Shown here: positions 53,076 through 64,000 of the stretch, piece after piece
Numbering within the stretch: position 1 is the stretch's first letter
Layout: each line of letters starts with the position of its first letter
Assembly (NCBI RefSeq): GCF_004010195.1
Contig: NC_057719.1
Location: 35,074,264 to 35,138,263, forward strand
Reading direction: 5' to 3'
From: Chiloscyllium plagiosum
Lineage: Eukaryota
Length of the DNA stretch: 64,000 nt
Notes under the pieces: model-generated
Database searches by the model: none
What the model saw: only the letters and a program-made list of their open reading frames with translations
Told to the model about the DNA's origin: nothing
Translations under genes and position numbers: made by a program

Positions 53076-53984
53076 TTGATCAGGTCTTGGGGATTTATCT
53101 ACCTTTATGCATTTTAAGACCTCCAGCACATCCTCTGCTGAAATGTGTACTCTCTTGAAGACATCATCATCACTATTTATTTACCCAAGTTCCCGAACTC
53201 CCATGTCTTTCAAGATGGTAAATACTAAAACAAAATATTAATTTAGGGTCTCACCCATCTATTGTCGTTCCGTACATAGATGGCCTCGATCTTTAAAGGG
53301 GTCCTATTCTCTGCCTAATTACTCTTTTGCCCTTAATACACGTGTAGAATCTCTGCTTCCTGTATACTCCTCAATGCTTCCTACTGCCACTCCAACTAAT
53401 CCATGTGCTCTGAGAGGAGCTGTAGCCTGACACATTTCATTCAGACATAGTCACCAAGGAAACTCAACTGCTCCCTCATCTCCCACATCTGACAGGAGGA
53501 ACATGTCACTCCACTCACTGCCATCTCTGCCCCTTTAACGACTAGCATACTTGGCGGGGAGGGGAATGATTGGAATGTTACCTTATTGCTGTTCTCAACA
53601 AAGCCCCGTATTCATCTTGACCCACTCGCAGATGTAGCCAGCAGCTCATCTCAAAAATAGTCAGAACAAGACACGGCAATGCCTTCCCTCTCTCACTTGG
53701 CTTAACTCCACACTAACTTAATTCTCAGTTGTCAACTATGAAGGCCAACACAAAATATTGACATCTGAGCCATTTCCTTATTCCTTGTCATAAATTCTCC
53801 TTTTAAGCACTAATGGGACTCGCATTTTCTTCCGTTACAGTTTTCATTTCTTTCCTACTTCTACAAAGTCTTATAATCTATTTTCACTTTAATATTAATT
53901 AATGTTATACTTTCTCATAATATTGATTATTTGGTCTTTACTTGCTAATTTATAAAACTGTCCTAGTCCTCAAACTTACCATTA

Positions 53985-54325
53985 GGAACACAAACAGAAT
54001 TAGGTCTTTAAGCCCTTGAGCCTGTTCCACCATTCAATGAGATCATGGCTGATCTGTAGCCTAATTCCATATACCTGACTTTGGCCTATATGCCTTAATA
54101 CTGTTGCTTCACAAAGGGATCTAATTCAGATTTAAAACTGACGATTGATTCAGCATCCACTGCCATTTGTGGAAAAACTTCCAAACATTTTCCACCCTTT
54201 GTTTATAGAAGTGCTTCCTAACATCTCTCCTGAACAGTCTGGCCCTGATTCTCAGATCATGCCCCCTACTTCCAGAATCGCAAACCTGCAGAAATAGTTT
54301 ATCTATTCCGTCTTTTCCTGTTGAA
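53985..54325 (-). mobile_element. CR1 3' end
   Basis: GATCAGCCATGATCTCATTGAATGG tail motif and FYKQRVENVWK-like remnant on minus strand. Confidence 0.75.
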
Positions 54326-54938
54326 GATTTCTTGGCAATATTATAAAGCTCTTTCCTAATAATATTTTAAGTTCTTTAGTTATCTACATATGGAATACTT
54401 CCCTGTGGACTTTTTAATTGAAATATCCATTTTTAAGTCATATGAAATATTTTCTTAAGTGTTTACCATCACTAATCCACAATCATACCTTTTGAGCAAG
54501 TACAAAAGCTTTTATATTCATATTTAATTCATTCATACTCCTCTTTCCAGAATGCTCATCTTGAAGAAGTTCTGCTCTTCTCTCGGACAAAAGTTCTTGC
54601 TTTTCTCTTTTCCATTCTTTCTTTCAGTCTTTCAACTTACTTAAAATCTGTTACAACAAAACCTTTTTCCAATTCTATTGAGACTGCAACATTAACTCTG
54701 ATTTGACCTCCACATATGCTGCCTGACCTGCTTCTTTTCCAGCATTTTCTGATTTTTAAAATTCTATTTCCAGCACCTGCAGTACTTTGTTTTATATTGG
54801 CAATACTTGAATACTTACTTTTCCTGATTTTATTCCACAACATTGAGAATATTATAATGCAATTAGTATATTGACATCTCAGAGATTTCTTGATTTTGAT
54901 CATTTATCTACTGTACTTATTTTTTTAAAAAAACTCAC

Positions 54939-55006
54939 TAAGGTGGGGATTGAGTACTTTCTTTATTTGTTCTCCTTTTGGTGTATTAGCCAAGACCTCG
55001 GTCAAC
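54939..55006 (-). CDS. NEMF: NEMF coding exon 6, (R)LTEVLANTPKGEQIKKVLNPHL
   Basis: 68 bp, ctatag/GTGAGT; phase 2 in, phase 1 out fits both neighbours; not in the ORF track, read manually. Confidence 0.94.
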
Positions 55007-57230
55007 CTATAGAACAATTAGAAATTTCAACAATTACAAAGAATGGCAACTTTAATTACTTCAATATATAGATGCATTAATCAGAAATTGAAAATTATGT
55101 TATGCAGGAATTTTCTACTGCATTAAATCTGGTTAACTCAGTTCCTGAGATCAAAAGAAAGGTCCCCTCTTTCATTTTGTGTTCACTTACCGCCTCAGAA
55201 GTGGTCTTATTGAAATAAAATGTAAATGGGATTGATTTCAGAAAGTTTTCCTTGGAGGTTTGTTTTGCTGTGGAATGCGCTTCTTGCTACAGCACAAAGA
55301 AATGTACAAAGAAATATATGCCAAGGTTGCCACCAGTCCTCTCAGATTCAAGCTGTCAATAACTTTATCGCACTTCTGGAAAAGTAATCACTACCTTTTC
55401 AGGACAGGCAAACAGGATCACTGGAGTGAGGTATCTATTGGCTCATGTTAGATAACAACCAAAAAGAGATGCTAGGCCATTTGTCATTACCACTCCTGTA
55501 GTCCTGCAGCATCAGAATACCTTCCTCTGATTCTGGATGAATTTCTGTTCTAAAGGGTTTATCTTTGCTAGCATCATTTCAAGCCTCAGCAGTCAACAAA
55601 ATACTGAAATACAACTGAATTAAGTTCTATTCGAGATGTGCTTTGACCAACTTTTGACTGGGAACAAGGAAGGAAATTCAATCCAACACCATTTAGCTAA
55701 TGACAATCTGAAATGCACCTGAAAGAAATGCTGAATATATCATCCATTAATATTTAAATAAGCATGAAAAGGACACTACTGCACTTTTGTCATCTATCAC
55801 CAAGTCGACAACAATACAAACTACTGAAACAAATAATAAATAAGTGCATGAAAATTTGTTGAGGTGTTCATTCTATAATTTATGAGGGGTACAGCCAGTC
55901 ATTTTCAACACAAAAGATGAAGAAGTTTAAAATCAATAGAAACAGTATCACAGACTTTAAATTTACAAAAGTGGGACAGATATTTGCTTTACTCATCTGG
56001 GGCAGTATTCTTACAAGGTCAAAACTATGGGATTATTTAAAAGAGGCTAACTTTAAATAATTTGGGCCTTCCAACTGTGGTTTTAGATAGATGATAAGGT
56101 GCTCGGTCAAACATATGCCCATTGTACACCGGATTGAAAATCTTCTTGTAACTTTGTTTGTTGTGCTCGGTTTCTTTCCAATATTAAACGAGATATTTAG
56201 TCAGCGTTTTTTTTAAAAGAAATTCCTGATGCAAATCTCCAGTATCATGTACCAATATGCAGCTATATAAATCCTTTCGTAATGCCATAAAATGTTATTT
56301 AATGCACATTCATAACAAGAATCTGAAACAACCAACAAAATAAAAATTGCCAGACAATGATTTCAGAATTGATAGTCAACTGTTTGGTCAAAGAGAGAGA
56401 GGTGCACCTTAAATGAGGAGAAAAGAGGAAGAGCAGAGAGAAGAGGAAAAGTGGATTGAAAAGGAATTGGATAGTCGAATTTTGTACCGCTGTGTCAGAA
56501 GTATGAGCAAAGGTTTTTAAAAGGTGGAAAATGGGATGTTGACCAGGAGAGCATCAGAATAATCAAAATCTAGATATCGCATTGGTGTGAATAAGGGTTT
56601 CAATAGCAGATGATCAAGACAAGGTTAAAGGTTAAGGTGGAAACAGGCAATCTTGGTGATGGTGAATACGTATTGGAAGGTCATTACAAGGGTCAAACAT
56701 AACTGCATGGACAGGGAACAGGCAGGTTGTAAGAAATATATGAAAAATAAAGACAGAGGAAGGTTTAAGGTGGTAATTCTAGAACTCAAGACCCAGGCAG
56801 TTGAAGGCACAACCACCATCGATGGAGCAAGTAAAATCAGAGATATGCAAGAAGCCAGAGTTGGAGCAATGCAAAGATCTCAAATAATTCTAGGGGCTGA
56901 AAAGATTACACAGAAGAGAACAATAGTTCATTATTTACAAACTGATAATCAATCTGGACAATCCCAAGTTGTTTCAACTTTATGCAAAGCACTTAAATGG
57001 GCAGGGAAAATGTGGTTTAATGTTGAACACCTGATTTCCTAAACAATAATAAAATTTAGGTATTGAAGATCTTAACAAATTTAATTGAAAATTAATTTCA
57101 ATTGAAAAGTAAAGTATCACTCAAGGCAAAGTATAACACTTCATCCACCAGAAACATTATAAAGTTAAAGGCAATGTCATAAATATATTTAGATTTCATT
57201 AATTTCAAATGATTCGTATGATGACAGTAC

Positions 57231-57379
57231 CTCTCTAAAGATAGTGGAGGCTCTGGATGTTTAGCACGATCAACAGGATATCGTTCACGAACAGCAAACT
57301 TCACATCTTGCACCTCATCAGTACGGAAACGCAGGAGATTTAGAATTGTATACTCATTGTCAGTGAGGATTATGTTACC
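57231..57379 (-). CDS. NEMF: NEMF coding exon 5, [49 protein letters not shown](R)
   Basis: 149 bp, ttgcag/GTACTG; within ORF 57098..57391. Confidence 0.97.
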
Positions 57380-58099
57380 CTGCAAATACACAGGTAGAAA
57401 ATATTAAAATCAAAAATCCTGGCAGAAACTAAGAATCACAAGCAGATTTAAATTTCATGAAAATATCAAGTACACGCACCCATATTTGCATTTTTACAGC
57501 TTCAATTTAATTATATGACATGAAGAACGGAGAAGTTAATGTCCTTTGTACCTATCAGCATTAAGGAAGCGGATATCAACTAACTGGAAAAAGGTGAAGA
57601 TTCATGTAGAAAAAACATCACAAAGACAGGTCCATTTGGACAAAGAAGTGTAAACTGATTTTATTGCCACACAAAGTTCGTCCATTCCATCTAGTCTACC
57701 TCAGCTCGTCTCAGGTATTCATCTGTTTTCTTCTGAAAGTAGCCTCGTCATTTGTTTTAAGCACTAACTTGAAAAAGAATTTTCTTATTTCCCTATTGAA
57801 CTGAGTAGGAATAATGTGTATTTAACTGCCTCTAATTTTGCATTCTCCCACAAGTGGAAAAATTGTCTCCACATCTACCCTGTCCAACCTATAATTTTAA
57901 ATACTTCTACCAGGTCTTGCCAAATCTCTTTTTCAAATAAATAAAACCTATGTTTCCTTTTTCTCCCCAGAGTAAAAAAAGGTAAAAAGAAAGAAGGAAA
58001 GGAAAAAAAGGAAGGGAAACAGAAAAAGGGGAAGGAAAAAGGATGGAAAATGACAGACAAAGGGAAGGAAAGGACATACATACATACACAGCCAACAAA

Positions 58100-59765
58100 G
58101 CCAAAATCCCACAAATGAAAAGAAAATTAACCATCCTTTTCCATGTTACCAGAAGCTCTATCCTGAATAATTGTTTCTAGAATTTTCCCCACACTGATGT
58201 GAACAGGTTGGTCTGTAATTGCTAGGCTTATCATTGCAACCTTTTTTGAACAAGAGTGATGTTTGCAATTTTCCAGTCTTCTGGCACCCCTCCGGAATCG
58301 AAGGACAACCAAAAGGTTAAAGCCAGGGGCCCTGCAATTTCCAGTCATTTGCTTCAATATCCTTGGATGAATCTCATTCAATCCCAGTGCTTTGTCAAAT
58401 TTAAGTGCTAAAAGTCTATCCAACACTTCTTCCTTAGCAATTTTAGACTGTTCCAGTCACAGTGTTTCTATTTCTGTCACCATAGCCTTGCTATTACTTA
58501 CTTCATTGGTAAAGTTAGGTGCAACAATTTAATTTAATCAGCCATGACTCTTGCCTCCATGCGTAAATTCCCATTTTGGTTCCTAATCAGATCTATTCCT
58601 CTTTTTACTATTTAGACTTCAAGATTTTAGACTTTTCTCAGAATTCCTCCTTGCCTTTTTAACATTTCTTTCATGTCCCCTCTGAACCTTCTATATTTCT
58701 CTTGGTTCTCAATTCTGTTTTCTACCTGGCTTGCCAAAGCTTACTTTTCTTTTCTTTACCTCAATTTATACCTTCTTTGTGTGATGCAAGTGTAATGATT
58801 TATATAGATTTTAATATCATTCGTTTTTGAATTTTGAATGAATGTTTTATGGCAGTTTATGGGTGTCTTAATAAGTAAGTAGTTTTGTAGCCATGGTGAT
58901 TTCTCTAAAATAGTTTGGAGGAGACATCTTAAAGAACTAAGCGGTTTTTGTTTACATCGGGAGAGTTTACAAGTGACATACAATCTATTGTAATATATCA
59001 GGTTCTCCGTTTGAAGATTCTGACTATGATTTAAGCTTCAGGTGAACCACCAATACCTTAGAAAGAAACCTTTCAGTGTTATTTTCAGTTTAGGGAATTC
59101 TGAAGGGTTCTTGGAAGATGAATGCATAAAGCATTGCTCCCGATAAAGGGAGAAGATAACTTAGATCTCTAAAACAAAAAAACAAACACCTCAGCAAGGG
59201 ATTTTGTTACAAATCCAGACCAAAGAATTGGGTAAAACCCTAAAGGGATTATCTGTTGCTGAGAAAATTGAAACTCAGGTGTACAAAGGCCCAAGGAAGA
59301 GGCTGTCAGATTCTCCAGACTGAGAATTGAAGTCAAAAGTTAAAAAAGCTTTCAGAGGTAATAGAGAAGGAGATTCTCTCTCATGTGAGCATTTGGGATC
59401 AGTGAAGAAGTGCTTTTTTGCAATTAATGGGAATATATTTTGAAATAATTTGTTTTGAAATCTTTAAACATGGCAGACATTAAATAGTTTGGTTTCTTCT
59501 AGTTTATCTTCATTTCTTTTGCAAGATGAATTTTTTGCATAAATGACTGTCAGCAATATTGTGTTTATAATTTATAGAGAGACACTCTCATTAAAACCAA
59601 ATGAAACTGCTCTATGAAGCCAGATTTCAGCCAGAGATGAGAGTTGGCCAGAATAACATCAGCTAGAATCATAACAATTGTCATCCAGGGAGTTCTGGGT
59701 TTGTTTGTCCTACCTTTCCCTTTTGAGGAAATATACCATGACTGTTCTTAACATTGCTCTTTAAA
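58100..59765 (-). mobile_element. CR1 ORF2 fragment split by an LTR
   Basis: ORF 58127..58426 (DKALGLNEIHPRILK, VGKILETII). Confidence 0.75.
58780..59676 (+). mobile_element. Probable solo LTR
   Basis: TGTGA...TAACA ends; flanks TTTG/ATTG (3/4); CR1 sequence resumes across it. Confidence 0.58.
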
Positions 59766-60304
59766 GTGCAGGGGGCTCCATCTATAAGAATGACCCCAAC
59801 CTTGCCATTTCGATAAACCATCTTACTTCCAGGCCCACTACAATGTTCCAACAAAACTCAATGCAATACAGAATACCACCTCATCTTTCCACTTTAGCAC
59901 CTTACAGACTCACACTCAATATTAAGTTCAACAACTTCAAAGCATGACCTCTATCCTCCATTTGATTACAACCACCCCATCTTGTTAAGTTTTGCTCTCA
60001 GCTGAGCAGACCCATTTTCTTGTTTTCACAACTATAAATGTACCTATTTTATATCTCCTTTACTATCCTACTATACACTAAAACAACAATGTAAATGCAC
60101 CATTTTTGTTCCTTAGCTCTAGCCTAATTGATCCTTGAATCCTTCAACACAGCCTCATTCTTCAGCGCTGCAAGGTACTCCTTATAATATATTAGAGGCC
60201 ACACATTCCACTCAAGGCAAAGCAGTGCAGCTTAGCCAACTTTATTTTCCTTACATTTACTTTATCTGCTTTGAATTGCTTATAATACTTTATTGTACTG
60301 CGAA

Positions 60305-60657
60305 AGACAGTGGTCAAGTTGTATTATCCCTAGACTATTAATCCAGAGATAAGGTAATGTTTGGGAACCTGATTCAAGGTCATCTGCCATGGCAGATTGT
60401 GGAATTTGAATTGAATAAGAATCTGGAAATACGAGTCTAACGATGACTATGAAACCATTGTCAATTGCCAGAAAAATACCCATCTGGTTCACTAATGTCC
60501 GTTAGGAAAGGAAACTGCCATTCTTGCCTGATCTGTACTATGTGTGACTCCAGACCCACAGCAACGGTTGCCTCTTAAATGCCCCATGGATAATTAGGAA
60601 TGGGCAATAAATGCTGGCCTAACCAGCAATGCCCACATCTTGTGAATAAAAAAAAAA
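60305..60657 (+). mobile_element. Deu-type SINE
   Basis: Colinear with 14598-14945; ends in an A-run. Confidence 0.78.
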
Positions 60658-61644
60658 GTGATCCTCACTTCCCTGGTGTTTTCAGTTAGCTACTGAAAAC
60701 TGAAATTTACAGCCATTTAATTTTCTATTTACAGCCTTTTAAAATCAGTCCCTAATAAATTTACTACCAACAGTTAACTTAAATGAAAACGTGTAGAGCA
60801 CTTCCTCCCCACACTTCACCAAACTCCTCACTCAGTACACTACTTCCTACAGAAACCTCTATAACACCTCTTTCCCGCTCTGCACCTAATTCGCAGATAT
60901 ACTCACTCAGCCCCCATCTCAATCAGGCAAAACCTCCTTCACACTGACCATATGGTGGATCAGTTATCCATATCTCCTCTGAACAATTAATGTCTGAACA
61001 ATTAATGAACTGAGTAGAGCTGTATTATATAGCCATTTCGGCAGACGGGGAGTTGAGGCTATACAAACAATTGTACGCACAAAAAAGGTTTCAGCCATCT
61101 GATACGGAAATAGTTAACCTATTAACCTGGACTTCATTTGTACCAAGTTGCTAGATAATGTGCTAACCACTGTACTAGTTATTTCTCAGACTGATGAACT
61201 AATGTCCCAATTAAAAAAAAGCAAAACAAAACAAATTGGCAAAGACAGTGAAGAGTTGTAGAGAATCCCTGCACAGTACCTACTGAGATATACTGAAATA
61301 TTGTGCATTATTTCCAAATTCCAAAAATCTTAAAAGATAGAGAATGCACAGATGAAAGAATTGTAGTTTAGAGTATTTTATTCTTCAAATGAGAATGTAT
61401 ATATTCAAATTAAATAAAGAACTACTGGTGTACAATAAAATTCTCTTTGGTCTGACTGCACAACCAATGGCAGTATTATTGACAGAATCCAGAGATTTAT
61501 TCCAAGAAACATGGAACATAAAAGAATGAGGAAGAATGCCCACATTTCAGATGCCATGCAAAAAATACTATTAAATGTTGTCAACTTTGTACATTAATGA
61601 ACCTGTTCAAAACATGCAGACGAAAGTGAATTTGAGTGACTTAC

Positions 61645-61770
61645 TCGGTCGTATAGTTCAACAATCACGTGGTAAGCTGCTTGATCTGAGCCAAATTGAA
61701 AATCAACTATCCTATCAACACCAAGTTGCTTAATGTGGATCAATCTTCGTGATTTTAAATGTTTACGGCA
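61645..61770 (-). CDS. NEMF: NEMF coding exon 4, [42 protein letters not shown]
   Basis: 126 bp, ttacag/GTAAGT, phase 0-0; within ORF 61594..61785; contains conserved [11 protein letters not shown]. Confidence 0.97.
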
Positions 61771-62699
61771 CTGTAACCAAAACAAAAATCACAGTTTTAG
61801 CAAAGATTCTCTCTCAATCAAACAGTGACAACAAAGTGAGACGGACAGGAGAAAGGGGATGTTTTATGACTGAATCAGGACTAGAGGAAACAGGAAGATC
61901 CGCCATATTTCAACTTAGTTACAAAATAGACACAGCATATCTAACATAGATTCAGTGACCAGGGAGTTTTTTTTAAAGCTAAAGCTATTTTAGCAAACAG
62001 TGTAGAAGCAATTAAAAAAGGAAGCCAATCAATAATGCCTGTGCCAACTCTCTGTAAGAGCAAATTTACCACACACAACTGCGTTCTTTTTCTGTTGCGC
62101 TGCATACTCTCTTCAGGAGCTAATCTAATGCCTTTCTGAATTTTAGAACTGAATTAGCCTCCACCACATTCCCAAGCATTGCAGTCTAGCTCCATTGGTT
62201 AGATAAGTACTTGTTGCCATTGCTTCTTTTGCCATTCACCTTAAATTGGTGTCTTGTAGTTGTGAAGCTTTCTGCCAAGGGGAATTAATAAAATTACATA
62301 GAACAAACCATTCTTGCAGTTAAAAAGCACTGTTTCGAAGTCTCTCCCAAAACAATCATTTATCACAACAACAGTAAAATTAATTCATGTGACTGGTTCT
62401 AATACTTTGTGTTTCCCGTTTCACAGATGTTATCATTTTAAGGCTCATATCCACAAAGTTAATGAATATAGAAATTCTTTTTGGGAAAAAAAACTCAATT
62501 CAAACTTTTACTAAATTACCACCTGTACATTCAATTATTGCTTGGTAGATAGTACAGACTTGAACAAGATGCAAAATGCAATTATATATTAAGGAAACAG
62601 ATGTTCAATATACTGTGCAATTGTCAAAGCTTACTAAAAATGTGTTAAAATTATAAAATTATTCTAAGAATTCTGCAATGGGTGACGGTCACTTTCTAC

Positions 62700-62802
62700 C
62701 TTCATTGCAAAGCCTGAAGGCATCATATTCTTTGGCCATTCAAACTCAGTTGTGTGGATCCGGATGCCAGATTCAACCAAAAGTACAGCTTTTGATTCTG
62801 GC
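62700..62802 (-). CDS. NEMF: NEMF coding exon (exon 3 by human analogy), [34 protein letters not shown]
   Basis: 103 bp between ttttgcag acceptor and GTAGAA donor; translation matches recalled NEMF N-terminal NFACT-N sequence ([27 protein letters not shown]). Confidence 0.96.
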
Positions 62803-62996
62803 CTGCAAAATGAAAAAAAGACAGAATGGAAACAAGCTAATTATACAATGTGGGAGTCTGTTAATATGGGGCACAGTAAACTAACTTTGCAATTACATTA
62901 CATACTGCAAACTTTGTCATTGCATTATAATGACAAACACATACGAATTAAAAATCACACAACACCAGGTCATAGTTCAACAGGTTTAACTGGAAG

Positions 62997-63031
62997 CACT
63001 AGCTTTCGGAGCGCTGCGCCTTCATCAGGTG
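62997..63031 (-). ncRNA. Minimal hammerhead motif (left arm), AGCU palindrome, CUA triplet
   Basis: CAC-CTGATGA-A-GGCGC(AGC)GCTCC-GAA-AGCT-A-GTG. Confidence 0.68.
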
Positions 63032-63036
63032 ACAAC

Positions 63037-63071
63037 CACCTGAAGAAGGAGCAGCACTCCAAAAGCTAGTG
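63037..63071 (+). ncRNA. Minimal hammerhead motif (right arm), G12 mutated
   Basis: CAC-CTGAAGA-A-GGAGC(AGC)ACTCC-AAA-AGCT-A-GTG. Confidence 0.55.
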
Positions 63072-63337
63072 CTTCCAATTAAACCTGTTGAACTATGACC
63101 TGGTGGTGTGTGATTTTTAACTTTGTACACCCCAGTCCAACACCGGCATCTCCAAATCATGACATACGAATTATGAATTTAGAATCATACAGTACAGCAG
63201 AGGTCCTTTGGCTCACCAAGTCTAAGTCCAAAATGAGAGTAGGCCCCTCAAAGCTGCTCCTCCATTCAGAAAGTGTTGGCTGAACTGATTTTTTCACATT
63301 CCTTCACATCCACGATAAAGATCACCCTTTTGATTAT

Positions 63338-63961
63338 TGTTATGGACCAGACTAAACTCACTACAACTATATCAAGGCGATAGTGTAGACCGAATTTTTA
63401 ATCTTATTTAAAGGCAAGTGTAAGGTGCTGTGTTCCAGATGCAATTCAATTAGATACACTACTTGGCTTTAAACAAAGTACAATATAAAACCTAGTTAAG
63501 ATACCAAGAAAAGAAAGAAGAATTGGTATACCTTTAACTCAATTGGAAAACTTAACAGAATAATAGATTAATTTAACTAAACAGCAACTGTCCCAATATA
63601 GTAACATTCCACAAACACAACTATGGCAAAGGCAAAGTGAGTAAAATGGATCATTTCACATGTAATTCTGGCAGCAGAGAGAACTCCAGCCTTTCTCTGT
63701 GGCAGAGAGAGATGTAAACGTTTCCACCGCCACCTTCATAACCCAACAACTACTGACAGCTAAACTAAAGCCCTAGCTCTGTAAGACCCTGACTCCATCC
63801 ATTCATGCAGCTTCTACTGTTCTAACTTTAAAAAAATCCAAAACCTCACAATCTGTTTACTTTATTGACTTCGAGGAGACAGCTCATTACCTATGGCTCA
63901 AAACCTCTCCTTGATAAAAATTAAGACAAAATACACCTCTTAGAGCCATAGAATCGTCACA
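63338..63961 (-). mobile_element. Solo LTR (Gypsy-like) with 4-bp TSD
   Basis: TGTTA...TCACA ends; TTAT at 63334-63337 and 63962-63965; orientation inferred by comparison with the ends of 58780-59676. Confidence 0.7.
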
Positions 63962-64000
63962 TTATCAAACATCCACCCTAATATTCAAACATAATTCTTC

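Larger units (their letters stand above)
49960..53520 (-). mobile_element. Older CR1 containing a MITE and a younger CR1
   Basis: GGGATACACTT (50951) resumes as GATCAGGTCTTGGGG (53078). Confidence 0.75.
62951..63161. mobile_element. Palindromic PLE-derived mini element with 12-bp TSD
   Basis: 84-bp inverted arms 62948-63031 / 63037-63120 (6 mismatches); ACATACGAATTA at 62939-62950 and 63162-63173. Confidence 0.9.

Noticed and set aside
55521..55584. Candidate for NEMF exon 6 (AG|GCTTGAAATG...AAG|GTATTC)
   Set aside because: No NEMF similarity and weak acceptor; the true exon is 54939-55006.
57955..58095. Purine-rich tract and ORFs 57875..58114 / 57907..58134
   Set aside because: Low-complexity (GGAAA)n-like sequence; ORFs are compositional artefacts.
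60978..61007. 15-bp tandem duplication TCTGAACAATTAATG x2
   Set aside because: Ordinary slippage-type duplication.
1..64000. Prokaryotic systems (operons, CRISPR arrays, defence islands)
   Set aside because: The window is a spliced vertebrate gene with retroelement-filled introns; no regularly spaced repeat-spacer array or long ORFs.
63174..64000. NEMF exons 1-2
   Set aside because: No GMRVNNVYD-like coding sequence found; they must lie beyond the window.

Overview
Eukaryotic (vertebrate) genomic DNA, most likely from a cartilaginous fish. This is inferred from the HE1-like V-SINEs, Deu-type SINEs and the CR1/Penelope-dominated repeat landscape. The whole window lies inside one minus-strand gene, NEMF (nuclear export mediator factor, the Rqc2 orthologue of ribosome quality control). 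I mapped 14 consecutive GT-AG coding exons (exons 3-16 by analogy to the human gene; 1446 bp, phases consistent, no stops); both gene ends lie outside the window. The introns are filled with decayed CR1 and L2/CR1-clade LINEs, an L1-type fragment, Penelope-like elements (PLEs), tRNA-derived SINEs, three probable solo LTRs, a TA-flanked MITE and an antisense RBPMS2-like processed pseudogene. The most striking non-coding signal is a set of minimal type-I hammerhead-ribozyme motifs (CUGANGA-N-stemII-GAA-palindromic tetramer-H) at PLE ends and in tiny TSD-flanked insertions. These include an 84-bp-arm palindrome with a ribozyme motif in each arm, about 150 bp from a NEMF splice acceptor. Intron 6 also holds a four-level nest of retroelements. 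Exon coordinates were read base by base; most repeat boundaries are approximate (tens of bp).
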